A stretch of 64,000 nt of DNA from an uncultured Planctomycetia bacterium (GCA_964629655.1 CAZVQU010000001.1:548056-612055); one strand, 5' to 3'. Counted from the first letter of the stretch, positions 21,953-30,556 are shown. Program-made: numbers and translations. The notes: a model not told the origin generated them from the letters alone.

Positions 21953-22009
21953 TCCCGCCGAGTGCGGGTAAATTATCACAGAAAATTTACCCGCTATATA
22001 GCGAGGCGG
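21953..22009. repeat. nested imperfect palindrome (CCCGCC..GCGGGTAAATT-9bp-AATTTACCCGC..GGCGGG) upstream of the recombinase gene
   Basis: A perfect 11-bp inverted repeat GCGGGTAAATT / AATTTACCCGC is separated by atcacagaa and flanked by an outer CCCGCC / GGCGGG. It lies 40-100 bp upstream of the recombinase start codon. Confidence 0.5.
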
Positions 22010-22022
22010 GACACATTTGTTA

Positions 22023-22199
22023 ATATTATTTTTCATTTGAGAATACATCATGGTTCTTTTTGGCTATCTCTATATATTCCTCAGCGAGAATAGAGGAGAT
22101 TACATCCAGCAGATTTTTGACAGCAGGATTGTCAGGCCAATTAAAATTTATTGGCTGAATAGGTGATTTAATATGTTTAGTTAACTGTTTAATGGCCAT
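22023..22199 (-). CDS. small hypothetical ORF (58 aa) upstream of and co-oriented with the recombinase
   Basis: MAIKQLTKHIKSPIQPINFNWPDNPAVKNLLDVISSILAEEYIEIAKKNHDVFSNEK. It is below the ORF-track cutoff and has no recognisable motif. Confidence 0.2.
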
Positions 22200-22305
22200 A
22201 TTTAAAATACTTGATTCTTTTTAAAGACGAGCTAAAATATCATTAAATTAAAAGCAATAAAGTAATAGCAATCTATTAATACAATATTAGCAATATATTG
22301 ATAGT

Positions 22306-22530
22306 TTGTCAAGCAAAAAAATAGGAGTTTTTATGCTCTCAGCAAACATTAAAAAACTAAGAAAAAGACACCACTTGTCTCAAGAACAACTCGCCCAAAA
22401 GGCAGGAATTACCTACAGCACTCTTATCAAGATAGAATCCGGGTCAAACAAAAACCCAACCCTGGAGACCTTAACAAAACTGGCTACTGTATTTAAAATC
22501 AAGATAGATGAGTTGGTGAAAAAGTTATAA
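22306..22530 (+). CDS. XRE-family helix-turn-helix transcriptional regulator
   Basis: 74 aa with the HTH_XRE core LSQEQLAQKAGITYSTLIKIESG. Confidence 0.7.
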   Translation: MSSKKIGVFMLSANIKKLRKRHHLSQEQLAQKAGITYSTLIKIESGSNKNPTLETLTKLATVFKIKIDELVKKL

Positions 22531-22559
22531 AAGGTCACTCTGCATTTCTTGAGAGAGCA

Positions 22560-23195
22560 ATGAAAAGGATAAGTTCAGAAAGGGAGTTGTTAAGTAAGTG
22601 TTTGTCGAATGACAAGCATGCATGGGATGAATTTGTCCAGCGTTATACTAAATTAATTTTTAGCTTAATATATCGAACCCTTGAGTTCAAAGGGTATCGG
22701 ATAGAAAAGGATCTTGTGAGCGATCTTCACCAAGATGTTTTTTTGTCCGTCCTAAAGGATGATTATGCGAAATTAAGAAGATTCAAATGGAAGAATGGAT
22801 GTTCTCTGGCTACGTGGATTGGTGTCATAACAAGAAATTTAGTCTTAAATTTCATTAGAAGCAATTCAAAACAAAAGTATCTAACAAAATCTCTCGATGA
22901 ATCTTTTGGCAATGAAAACGAAAAACAGGCAACGCTTTTAGATGTAATCAAAAACCCCGCCCCAAACGCTAAAGAGGTAATGAATGAATCTGAAATGATT
23001 GATTTGCTCAATGCTTCTATAGAAAAACTTGAGATTACAGAAAGAGTAATCCTCGATTTATTCTATGCTCAAACCTTACCGCTTGAAGAAATAGGGAGAG
23101 TTTTAAACAAATCTGAAGATGCTGTATTTATGCAGAAAAAGAGAGTTCTTGCAAAATTACAAGAAATAATGAAAAAAGGCGTTGGTTTTAGATAA
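22560..23195 (+). CDS. ECF (sigma-70 family) RNA polymerase sigma factor
   Basis: 211 aa with sigma region 2 (DEFVQRYTKLIFSLIYR...DLHQDVFLSVL) and region 4 HTH (LPLEEIGRVLNKSEDAVFMQKKRVLAKL). Confidence 0.8.
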   Translation: MKRISSERELLSKCLSNDKHAWDEFVQRYTKLIFSLIYRTLEFKGYRIEKDLVSDLHQDVFLSVLKDDYAKLRRFKWKNGCSLATWIGVITRNLVLNFIRSNSKQKYLTKSLDESFGNENEKQATLLDVIKNPAPNAKEVMNESEMIDLLNASIEKLEITERVILDLFYAQTLPLEEIGRVLNKSEDAVFMQKKRVLAKLQEIMKKGVGFR

Positions 23196-23226
23196 TTTAG
23201 CTGTCTATTGATTACGGGGTGATAAT

Positions 23227-23952
23227 ATGAAAAATAAATTTGAATCTATTCTGAAAAAAGTTCTTAATGCTGTGAAAAAACGAAAAAATAGCAATACTGG
23301 AAAAAGGTGCTTAACTGACGAAGATTTAACCGTCATTGTTGAGGGAAAAACTTCAGAGGTTGAACGGGATAAGGTATTTAGCCATATCCTATCTTGCCAA
23401 AATTGCGCTTTGTTACTGAAAGAGCATTTATTAATCATGGGTGATTTAGATAAAAAAGGCATGCTAGAGACTCCTCAAGAATTAATTCAAGCCGCGATGG
23501 ATCTAGTCGGTCCAGGTATAGCATCTAATATGTTAGAAGTTGTTTTAAATCTTAAGGAGAAGGTAATAGAATTAGTAAAAGCCACGGGTGATGTTCTAAT
23601 CGGGCCGGAATTAATCCCTGTGCCGGTTTTGAGAAGCCAAGGGAAAGACGACAAATTCGAGAACAAGGTGAAAATTGTCAAAGCTTTTGATAATGTTTTG
23701 ATAGAAGTAGTTGTAGAGAGAAAAAAGCCAAATATCTGTGATATCGAGTTAAGATTAACGGAAAAGGATTTGAAGAGAAAGGCAGAAGGTTTACGAGTTA
23801 CGTTAATGAAAGACAATAAAGAAATAGAGTCATCTTTGATAGATGAAGGTAAAATTATCTTTAGGGAAATTAAACCAGATAGATATAAAATTTCTATCAT
23901 GAAAGAGGGGAAACAACTAGGCGCAGTCGATATTTCGATGAATTTAACTTGA
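23227..23952 (+). CDS. putative zinc-finger (ZAS, zf-HC2) anti-sigma factor, soluble
   Basis: 241 aa with the H-x3-C-x2-C motif (HILSCQNC) near the N-terminus and no TM segment. It lies immediately downstream of the ECF sigma gene and 12 nt upstream of the CHAT gene. Confidence 0.55.
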   Translation: MKNKFESILKKVLNAVKKRKNSNTGKRCLTDEDLTVIVEGKTSEVERDKVFSHILSCQNCALLLKEHLLIMGDLDKKGMLETPQELIQAAMDLVGPGIASNMLEVVLNLKEKVIELVKATGDVLIGPELIPVPVLRSQGKDDKFENKVKIVKAFDNVLIEVVVERKKPNICDIELRLTEKDLKRKAEGLRVTLMKDNKEIESSLIDEGKIIFREIKPDRYKISIMKEGKQLGAVDISMNLT

Positions 23953-23964
23953 TAAGCCGCTATT

Positions 23965-26900
23965 ATGGTTACTTTAGTCGTTGAAATTAGCAAAGAAGGT
24001 GACCGTCTGAAAATGGGTGCTTTTGAAAGGTCAAAAGGCCTAGATGTAACTTTAAAACACTATAACGATTGTTACGTCTCAGATGAAAAAATTGAAAATC
24101 TTTGTGGAGAGATAACCTACCTTTTTAATAAGGCAAATCGACAAGGAAAAGTAGGCGAAAACTTTGCTAGTGATTTAAAGAAGATTTGCCGAACCCTTTT
24201 CGACCAACTACTTACCTTTGAAGTCAAGAAAGCAATAAAGAACACTGAGGCAAAGTTCTTACTGATCTCTATTGATGAAAAATTAGTTCAGATTCCTTGG
24301 GAGCTTCTTCATGATGGAGATGAGTTTTTATGTATCCGTTTTGCAATGGGTAGAAGCGTAAAGACTAAGCAAAAGAATTATGGAAGTCGCTACCGTAGCG
24401 TGAGCAGTCCCACAAAAATGTTGATTGTTGCAAATCCGACAGGAGATTTGAATTCTGCTTACGAAGAAGGTATATATATCCGCAATGAATTAGATAAAAG
24501 AAAAGGTAAGGTAAGAGTATTTTCAAAGACAGAAGATGTAAGTATTGACTTTGTAAGAAAGAATATCAGAGATTACGATATCTTTCATTTTGCTGGCCAT
24601 GCGGAATATAATTCAATAAATCCTTCTGAAAGTGGCTGGATTTTAAAAGATGGTAAATTTACTGCTAAGGAAATCGTAGAACTCGGAGCAACATCCCCTT
24701 TACCCTCAATAATTTTTTCTAATGCTTGTCAATCTGGCAAGACAACCGAGTGGAAAGTAGGTAAAGAATTCGAAGATGAAATATACGGGTTAGCTAATGC
24801 TTTTCTTCTAGCAGGGATTCGTCATTATATAGGCACATTTTGGAGAGTTTTGGACGAACCGTGTTTGTGCTTTGCTAACGAATTTTATAAGAATGTTACC
24901 GATGGCTTACCAATTGGAGAAGCTATACGATTATCTAGAATACAACTTATTAATAAGTATGGATATTCTTCAATTGTCTGGTCAAGCTATATGCTTTATG
25001 GAGATCCCGCAATCAATCTGTTCTTTGTCTCGACAGTCAAAAAACCATTAAAAGAGAGAATTTTTCAAAGGCAGATCATAATTTTGTCTATAATATTGGG
25101 TTCAATTATTGGGACAGGCTTATCAGGGTTTCTTCTCTATCGAAACTATTTCTCACGGCCAATTGCTCAAGAAAGCCCCGCGTGGGCACATAGAAACATT
25201 GTTTTGATTATGCCTTTCGAAAACTTGAACAGGGATAAAGAAACTGATTGGATGGGTCTAGGGATTGCTAATGTCGTGGCTACAAAATTAAACAAATTAG
25301 ACAAAATAAATGTAGTCGATAGGTTTCAGGCTGAGCTAATATGGAAAGAAATTAAAAAGGCCGACTACGTTGATAAAGAAAGCGCTTTGAAGATAGCTAA
25401 GATTTTAGGTGCAGACCGGATTATTCTTGGATCGTTTCAGAAAATTGATGATGATATACGAATATCAGCTCAGCTGTTCAATGTTAAAGACGATTCCTTG
25501 ATTGGGTCAGTTGATGCCAGTGATTCATATAGCAATTTCTTTTCTTTGGAAGATACCGTGGCTTTAAGCATAGGGGATAAATTGAATATTAAAATAAGTA
25601 AGCGGGAAAGATCTGAGTTGAGCAAGTTTTTGCCTACAGAAAACATTAGTGCATTTGAATTCTTAACCAAATCTATCTCGGCGTTTACTGAGAGAGATAT
25701 AAATAAAGCAGTAGATTTCTGCAAAAAAGCTCTAGAATTAGACCCTAATTATATTCAAGCAAATACAAATATGGGGTTATTGTATGATTCATTAGGCAAT
25801 TTAGACCTGGCTAAAGTTTATTACGAGGAAGCATTAGAATTAACCAAGAAGAGCGAAGATAAAAATTTATTTGTAACGGCCTATTTTAATTTAGGTAAAC
25901 TTCTTGGACGAACAGGTCAATGGAAGGAAGGAATGGAGCTTCAAAGAAAGGCACTAAAAATTGCAGGAAATCTAAGTAATCAGCAAGTTTATGCTTCGAT
26001 TTTGTACAATATAGGACTATCTTATATTGCAAATAACGAGTTTAATGAGGCTAAAAAGTCATTATTTGAAAGCAAAGCTATTTACGAGACATTGAATAAT
26101 CAATTTGGTTTGGCAGCTATTCATCTGGGATTAGGAATCTACTACTCTTACAACCAAGAAGCAGATTTTGATAAGGCTGAGAAGTATTATGATGAAGCAA
26201 TAAGGATTTCCGAGAATCTAAACTCTAAAGAAGGACTTGCTAAAATTTATTCTATTTTGGGTGGACATTATCATACAAGAGGAGAGTGGGAGAAAGGCAG
26301 TATTTACTTTGTTAAATCTTTGAAGGTGAGTCAAGAAATTAATGACAGTTGGTCAGAGAATCTAGCCTATTGTGGTCTTGCTAAGAGCTATGAAGAAAAA
26401 GGAGAGTTTGGTAATGCTCTAGAATATTACAAAAAAAGTCTAAAACTGACCGAAGAGGCAGGTAATCGCACGGGACACAAAAATACTCTATATTCGATAA
26501 GTTCGTTATATTTAAGACAATTGCGTAATGATATGGGATTAAAGTATTTGAATATGTTAGTTGAAGAGGCAAAAAAAGATAAAGATGAACGTAACCAGAT
26601 ATTAGGGTTACGGTGGATAGCTAGTACTTATTATTCAATGGGAAGATACGAGAAAGCTATGGAAGGATATAATAAAGCTTTAACTTTTAATGAGGCGCTC
26701 AATAGCGACAGAAATAGTTTAATGCAGATATATCTTGGTTTAGGAAAATGTGTTGGTCAATTAGGTAATAATACCGAAAGCGAAAAGTATTTTGAATTAG
26801 CTAAAAAAGAAGTACTTGGTGTGAAGGAATATATTACACTGGGATATATTTATCAACAAATTGGAACATTTTATGAGAATAAAGGCAGAATGGATAGAGC

Positions 26901-29694
26901 GATACGAAATTACATGAAAGCAAGCGAAAGTTTAACCAAGGACAAGCTAAATAACTATTCTAAGTTTCAATTAGTGGGTATATATTTTGGGTTAGCCGAA
27001 TGTTATAAAAAGCAGAATAATAAAGCTAAAGCCTTTCAGTATTACAAAAAAGCCTTGCCTTTTGCCGAAGAAACCAGTAGCCCAATCATTAATACCATTA
27101 AAAGTAATTTATATTTTATCGATAAGGGGAAAGAGGAGCAAGCCGATGAGATAAAAAACATTGAAGCAAAAAAATTATATATCCAGGCTAGAAATAATTT
27201 TTTCAATGGTGAGCACGATAAAGCCTTGGTGGCGATTAAAAAAGCTTACAAGAAAGAGCCATTCAGTAGCAATATCGTTAGTTTGATTTGTTTAACTTAT
27301 GAGGATATGGGTCGATATGATGAGGCTACTGATATTCATTTAAAATATATAAAATTGTTAGACAAAAAAGAAGACATTTCTGAAATTATTGCCCAATATT
27401 CTTGGATAGGGGGAAATTATCGTAAGATTGGGAAATTAGATAAAGCAAAAACCTATTATGATAAAGCTCTAGGATTAGCCAAGAATGCTGGGAGCAAAGA
27501 AGATATAGGTTTAGTTTATGCTGATTATGGTATGGTGATGGAGGCCTTGGGACAAGATGAAAGAGCTATAGAGTTTGCGAATAAAGCGATTGAATTTTAC
27601 AAGGGGGCTTCAAAAGTAAATTATTTAACTAATGCATATCACGTATTGAGCCTTGTTTATTCGAAACAAGGAGATACGAATAAAGCTTTAGAGTATGCTC
27701 ACTTAAATCTTAAAATTAAAGAAGAGTCAGGTAGCGGGGACATGGAAAGAAGTTACATAAATTTAGGGTCACTCTATAAAGATATAGATATCGTCAAGTC
27801 TTTGGAATACTTAAATAAAGCTATAAGTTCTCTTGAGAAGAAAGGGCAGCTATCTCTTTTAGGCAATGCGTACCATGAGACTGGCTCAGTATATGAAGGA
27901 ATGAAACAAAGTAATAAAGCTTTGGAGTTTTACAATAAAAGTCTTGCGCTTTCTGATAAGTTGAATGATGCATGGACGACATATGCGAACTATCTGGCGT
28001 TAGAGCATCTATACTTTAAGACAAAAGAATATAAACTTTCAGAAGAATTTAGAGAAAAACTTATAAATCTAGCTAAAGAATTAGGACGAGAGATAGACTT
28101 AGGCATAATTTACGGGGCTATTGGGGATAGGTATATTGATGAAGATTTTGACAAAGGAGAAAAGTACTTTTTAATGAGTATAGAGATTTTAGAAGGATAC
28201 AAGAACAACGAATATAAAAATAAGGAGATTTTGAAAACACTAGCTATTGATTATGATACTTTGGGCATGTTATTTGGCAAAAGGAAAAATTGGGATAAAG
28301 CAATAATGAATTTTCAAAAAGCTATTGATATTGCAGAGTCACACAATGTTTTAGATAAATCTTTGCTTGGAAATACGTATTATTGGTTCGGTGTTTGCTA
28401 TCATTATAAGAATGATTTTAAAAAGGCGTTAGAATATTACAGAAAAGCTAGACCCGCTCTTTTAGCAGCCGAAGAAGGTAGAAGCCTTATAAAGAAACTA
28501 GATAATCAAATAAACATATTAGAGACTTATCTTTCTCTTGCAGGGGAAGTTCAAGATTTTGATGGAATTTTAAAAGCAGCTGAGGATTATCATAGAGAAG
28601 ATAAGTGGGAATTAGCACTTGAAAATTACAAAAAGGCATTAGCGATTGCTGTAACGCTTAAAGATGGTGCATTAAAGGATTCAGTCAACAAAAAAATAGA
28701 GTGGATACATAAGCAGATAAACAGAATAGAGACCTATTTTAAAGAAGTGGAAGTATCCAAAAAAGCGAAACCAGCAGGCTACCTAGAAAGCAAGGCCATT
28801 CTATATATGAGACAAGGCAAATATAATGTGGCGTTAGATAATTTCAAAAAAGCTTTAAAAATCTATGAGAGTGTGGATTATAAAGAGCAGATGAATCTTA
28901 GCAAAATGCGGATAGGATTTGTTTATCTAACCAAAAATGATTTTAAAAATGCCGAAAAACTATTCAAGGAAAGCATGAATACATTTAAAGATTTGGAAGA
29001 TAAAGAATATATTGGCTTGGTTCATGGAGCATTTGGTATTTTATTTGAGAAAAAAGGGAAATATAATCAATCTGAAAAAGAATACCATATAGCGATAGAT
29101 TTGCTTAAAGAAAGTGAGTCGTCAAAAACATACGATGTAGCATATTATAACTGTTTGGGATCCGTATATTATAAAAAGCAAAATTATAATAAATCCTTGG
29201 AAAGCTACCAAATGGCTCTTGAATTAGGGAAAGAGATAGAGGATCCAAACTCGATTAGTTTAACCTATGCTATGATGGCATATGTAAGCTTTTTGAATGG
29301 CTCTTTTGAAAAAGCTAATAATTTTGCTGATAATTCCTTAGTTGTAGCGGAAAGACTAGATGACATGGAACTTATTTGTATTGCTAGTTTAGTGAAAGGA
29401 AAAGCTTTCATGAGGCAAAGTGATTATGAGATGGCCACCCAGTTTTTTGATAAAGCTATTAATAGTGCTAATTCTTGCAATAAAAATAAATTAAAGTTGG
29501 TTTCGTATTCGAATATGGCTTTACTTGCCAAAAAAGAGAAGGACGGAAATTCATATAAGAAATTACTTAGTTTTATTAAGGAAATGGGTAGTTTTGATTG
29601 TATCAAGGGTGACGAAATACTAGATAACAGGTTGGAGATACTATTTAAGGAAATAATTGAAGAAAAGGACTTTTTTAAGCGAATTTGGTTATGA
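23965..29694 (+). CDS. giant CHAT-domain (caspase-like) protease with one TM helix, a TolB-N-like domain and a ~30-repeat TPR array
   Basis: 1909 aa. CHAT motifs IPWELLHDG, the His FHFAGHAEYN and the Cys IIFSNACQSG are present. A TM helix lies around aa 365-392. FENLNRDKETDWMGLGIANVV... resembles TolB-N-like sensor domains. The remaining ~1400 aa are TPR-like repeats. Confidence 0.85.
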   Translation: MVTLVVEISKEGDRLKMGAFERSKGLDVTLKHYNDCYVSDEKIENLCGEITYLFNKANRQGKVGENFASDLKKICRTLFDQLLTFEVKKAIKNTEAKFLLISIDEKLVQIPWELLHDGDEFLCIRFAMGRSVKTKQKNYGSRYRSVSSPTKMLIVANPTGDLNSAYEEGIYIRNELDKRKGKVRVFSKTEDVSIDFVRKNIRDYDIFHFAGHAEYNSINPSESGWILKDGKFTAKEIVELGATSPLPSIIFSNACQSGKTTEWKVGKEFEDEIYGLANAFLLAGIRHYIGTFWRVLDEPCLCFANEFYKNVTDGLPIGEAIRLSRIQLINKYGYSSIVWSSYMLYGDPAINLFFVSTVKKPLKERIFQRQIIILSIILGSIIGTGLSGFLLYRNYFSRPIAQESPAWAHRNIVLIMPFENLNRDKETDWMGLGIANVVATKLNKLDKINVVDRFQAELIWKEIKKADYVDKESALKIAKILGADRIILGSFQKIDDDIRISAQLFNVKDDSLIGSVDASDSYSNFFSLEDTVALSIGDKLNIKISKRERSELSKFLPTENISAFEFLTKSISAFTERDINKAVDFCKKALELDPNYIQANTNMGLLYDSLGNLDLAKVYYEEALELTKKSEDKNLFVTAYFNLGKLLGRTGQWKEGMELQRKALKIAGNLSNQQVYASILYNIGLSYIANNEFNEAKKSLFESKAIYETLNNQFGLAAIHLGLGIYYSYNQEADFDKAEKYYDEAIRISENLNSKEGLAKIYSILGGHYHTRGEWEKGSIYFVKSLKVSQEINDSWSENLAYCGLAKSYEEKGEFGNALEYYKKSLKLTEEAGNRTGHKNTLYSISSLYLRQLRNDMGLKYLNMLVEEAKKDKDERNQILGLRWIASTYYSMGRYEKAMEGYNKALTFNEALNSDRNSLMQIYLGLGKCVGQLGNNTESEKYFELAKKEVLGVKEYITLGYIYQQIGTFYENKGRMDRAIRNYMKASESLTKDKLNNYSKFQLVGIYFGLAECYKKQNNKAKAFQYYKKALPFAEETSSPIINTIKSNLYFIDKGKEEQADEIKNIEAKKLYIQARNNFFNGEHDKALVAIKKAYKKEPFSSNIVSLICLTYEDMGRYDEATDIHLKYIKLLDKKEDISEIIAQYSWIGGNYRKIGKLDKAKTYYDKALGLAKNAGSKEDIGLVYADYGMVMEALGQDERAIEFANKAIEFYKGASKVNYLTNAYHVLSLVYSKQGDTNKALEYAHLNLKIKEESGSGDMERSYINLGSLYKDIDIVKSLEYLNKAISSLEKKGQLSLLGNAYHETGSVYEGMKQSNKALEFYNKSLALSDKLNDAWTTYANYLALEHLYFKTKEYKLSEEFREKLINLAKELGREIDLGIIYGAIGDRYIDEDFDKGEKYFLMSIEILEGYKNNEYKNKEILKTLAIDYDTLGMLFGKRKNWDKAIMNFQKAIDIAESHNVLDKSLLGNTYYWFGVCYHYKNDFKKALEYYRKARPALLAAEEGRSLIKKLDNQINILETYLSLAGEVQDFDGILKAAEDYHREDKWELALENYKKALAIAVTLKDGALKDSVNKKIEWIHKQINRIETYFKEVEVSKKAKPAGYLESKAILYMRQGKYNVALDNFKKALKIYESVDYKEQMNLSKMRIGFVYLTKNDFKNAEKLFKESMNTFKDLEDKEYIGLVHGAFGILFEKKGKYNQSEKEYHIAIDLLKESESSKTYDVAYYNCLGSVYYKKQNYNKSLESYQMALELGKEIEDPNSISLTYAMMAYVSFLNGSFEKANNFADNSLVVAERLDDMELICIASLVKGKAFMRQSDYEMATQFFDKAINSANSCNKNKLKLVSYSNMALLAKKEKDGNSYKKLLSFIKEMGSFDCIKGDEILDNRLEILFKEIIEEKDFFKRIWL

Positions 29695-29739
29695 TAATTT
29701 GATATAAATCATTTTTGTACAAGGAGTTAGGTACTTATA

Positions 29740-29770
29740 GGGCACATACTAAATGTGCCCTATTTTTTTG
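29740..29770 (+). terminator. intrinsic terminator after the CHAT gene
   Basis: Hairpin GGGCACAT-actaa-ATGTGCCC followed by TATTTTTTT. Confidence 0.7.
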
Positions 29771-29820
29771 TTGGTTTTGCGATCTTGTGTTGTCTATTGT
29801 TAGTGAAGGAGGTGATAAGA

Positions 29821-29988
29821 ATGAAAAAGCTAATGTTTTCAATAGCAATTTTGATTGGGTGCATGAGTGTAGTTAATAATGCTTTTGCTAGAGTAGACCG
29901 CGATACCAATAGGTATATTTGTAATAGATGGGAAAGCTCACAAGAAGCTAGTGGTTTAAGTGATTTGTTAAAAGGAGGTTTAAGATGA
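29821..29988 (+). CDS. small secreted peptide 1 (signal peptide ending NAFA|R)
   Basis: MKKLMFSIAILIGCMSVVNNAFARVDRDTNRYICNRWESSQEASGLSDLLKGGLR. AAGGAGGTGA SD lies 7 nt upstream. This is the trimmed start of ORF 29755..29988. Confidence 0.5.
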   Translation: MKKLMFSIAILIGCMSVVNNAFARVDRDTNRYICNRWESSQEASGLSDLLKGGLR

Positions 29989-30136
29989 GAAGAGTAGTTA
30001 TTAGCTTGATGGTTGCTTTGGTGATTATGGGAAGTTCAGTATTAGCCTATGCACACTCAGGAAGGACAAGGACTGACAGTTGGGGGCGAACGGGACACAC
30101 CAACAGGTCAACAGGAGTATGGGAGACACATTATTA
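29985..30136 (+). CDS. small secreted peptide 2
   Basis: MRRVVISLMVALVIMGSSVLAYAHSGRTRTDSWGRTGHTNRSTGVWETHY, 50 aa, with signal peptide and AAGGAGG SD. It is below the ORF-track cutoff. Confidence 0.4.
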
Positions 30137-30180
30137 ATACTTTTATGGATAATTCTAAAGAGTTAAAGAGGAGGTACAAA

Positions 30181-30372
30181 ATGAAAAAATTTATAATTTC
30201 CTTAATAGCAATAGGCATAATTTTTAGTTCAGCTGGTAATGCATTCGCACGGATTAAGTATATTAACGGCTATTACAGAAGTAGTGGAACCTACGTTAAT
30301 GGACATTACAGAGATGTATCTAACGACGGGAATCCTTACAATAACGCAAATTATCTTGGCTATAATTGGTAA
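30181..30372 (+). CDS. small secreted Tyr/Asn/Gly-rich peptide 3 (signal peptide ending NAFA|R)
   Basis: MKKFIISLIAIGIIFSSAGNAFARIKYINGYYRSSGTYVNGHYRDVSNDGNPYNNANYLGYNW. GAGGAGGT SD lies upstream. This is the trimmed start of ORF 30049..30372. Confidence 0.5.
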   Translation: MKKFIISLIAIGIIFSSAGNAFARIKYINGYYRSSGTYVNGHYRDVSNDGNPYNNANYLGYNW

Positions 30373-30390
30373 TATATAAATATAATAAAA

Positions 30391-30418
30391 GGGTGCCATC
30401 AAGGGCACCCTTTTATTT
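30391..30418 (+). terminator. intrinsic terminator
   Basis: Hairpin GGGTGCC-atcaa-GGGCACCC followed by TTTTATTT. Confidence 0.75.
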
Positions 30419-30556
30419 ATAGGGCTTAAGAGACTAAATTCGAAAGAAGGCAAGTAAGACGCAGATCTTTAATATGTGTAGTAATGGGGATCGTGGACTA
30501 CAAAAAAGTAAAATCTTCGCAAGAAAGAGCGGAGTTTTTGTATTTTTAGAAGGATT

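Noticed and set aside
23487-23993. 168-aa minus-strand ORF
   Set aside because: Antisense to the anti-sigma gene, which has a clear ZAS motif and operon context.
30049-30180. N-terminal extension of ORF 30049..30372
   Set aside because: A strong SD (GAGGAGGT) and a typical signal peptide (MKKFIISLIAIG...) begin at 30181. The extension overlaps peptide 2 in another frame.
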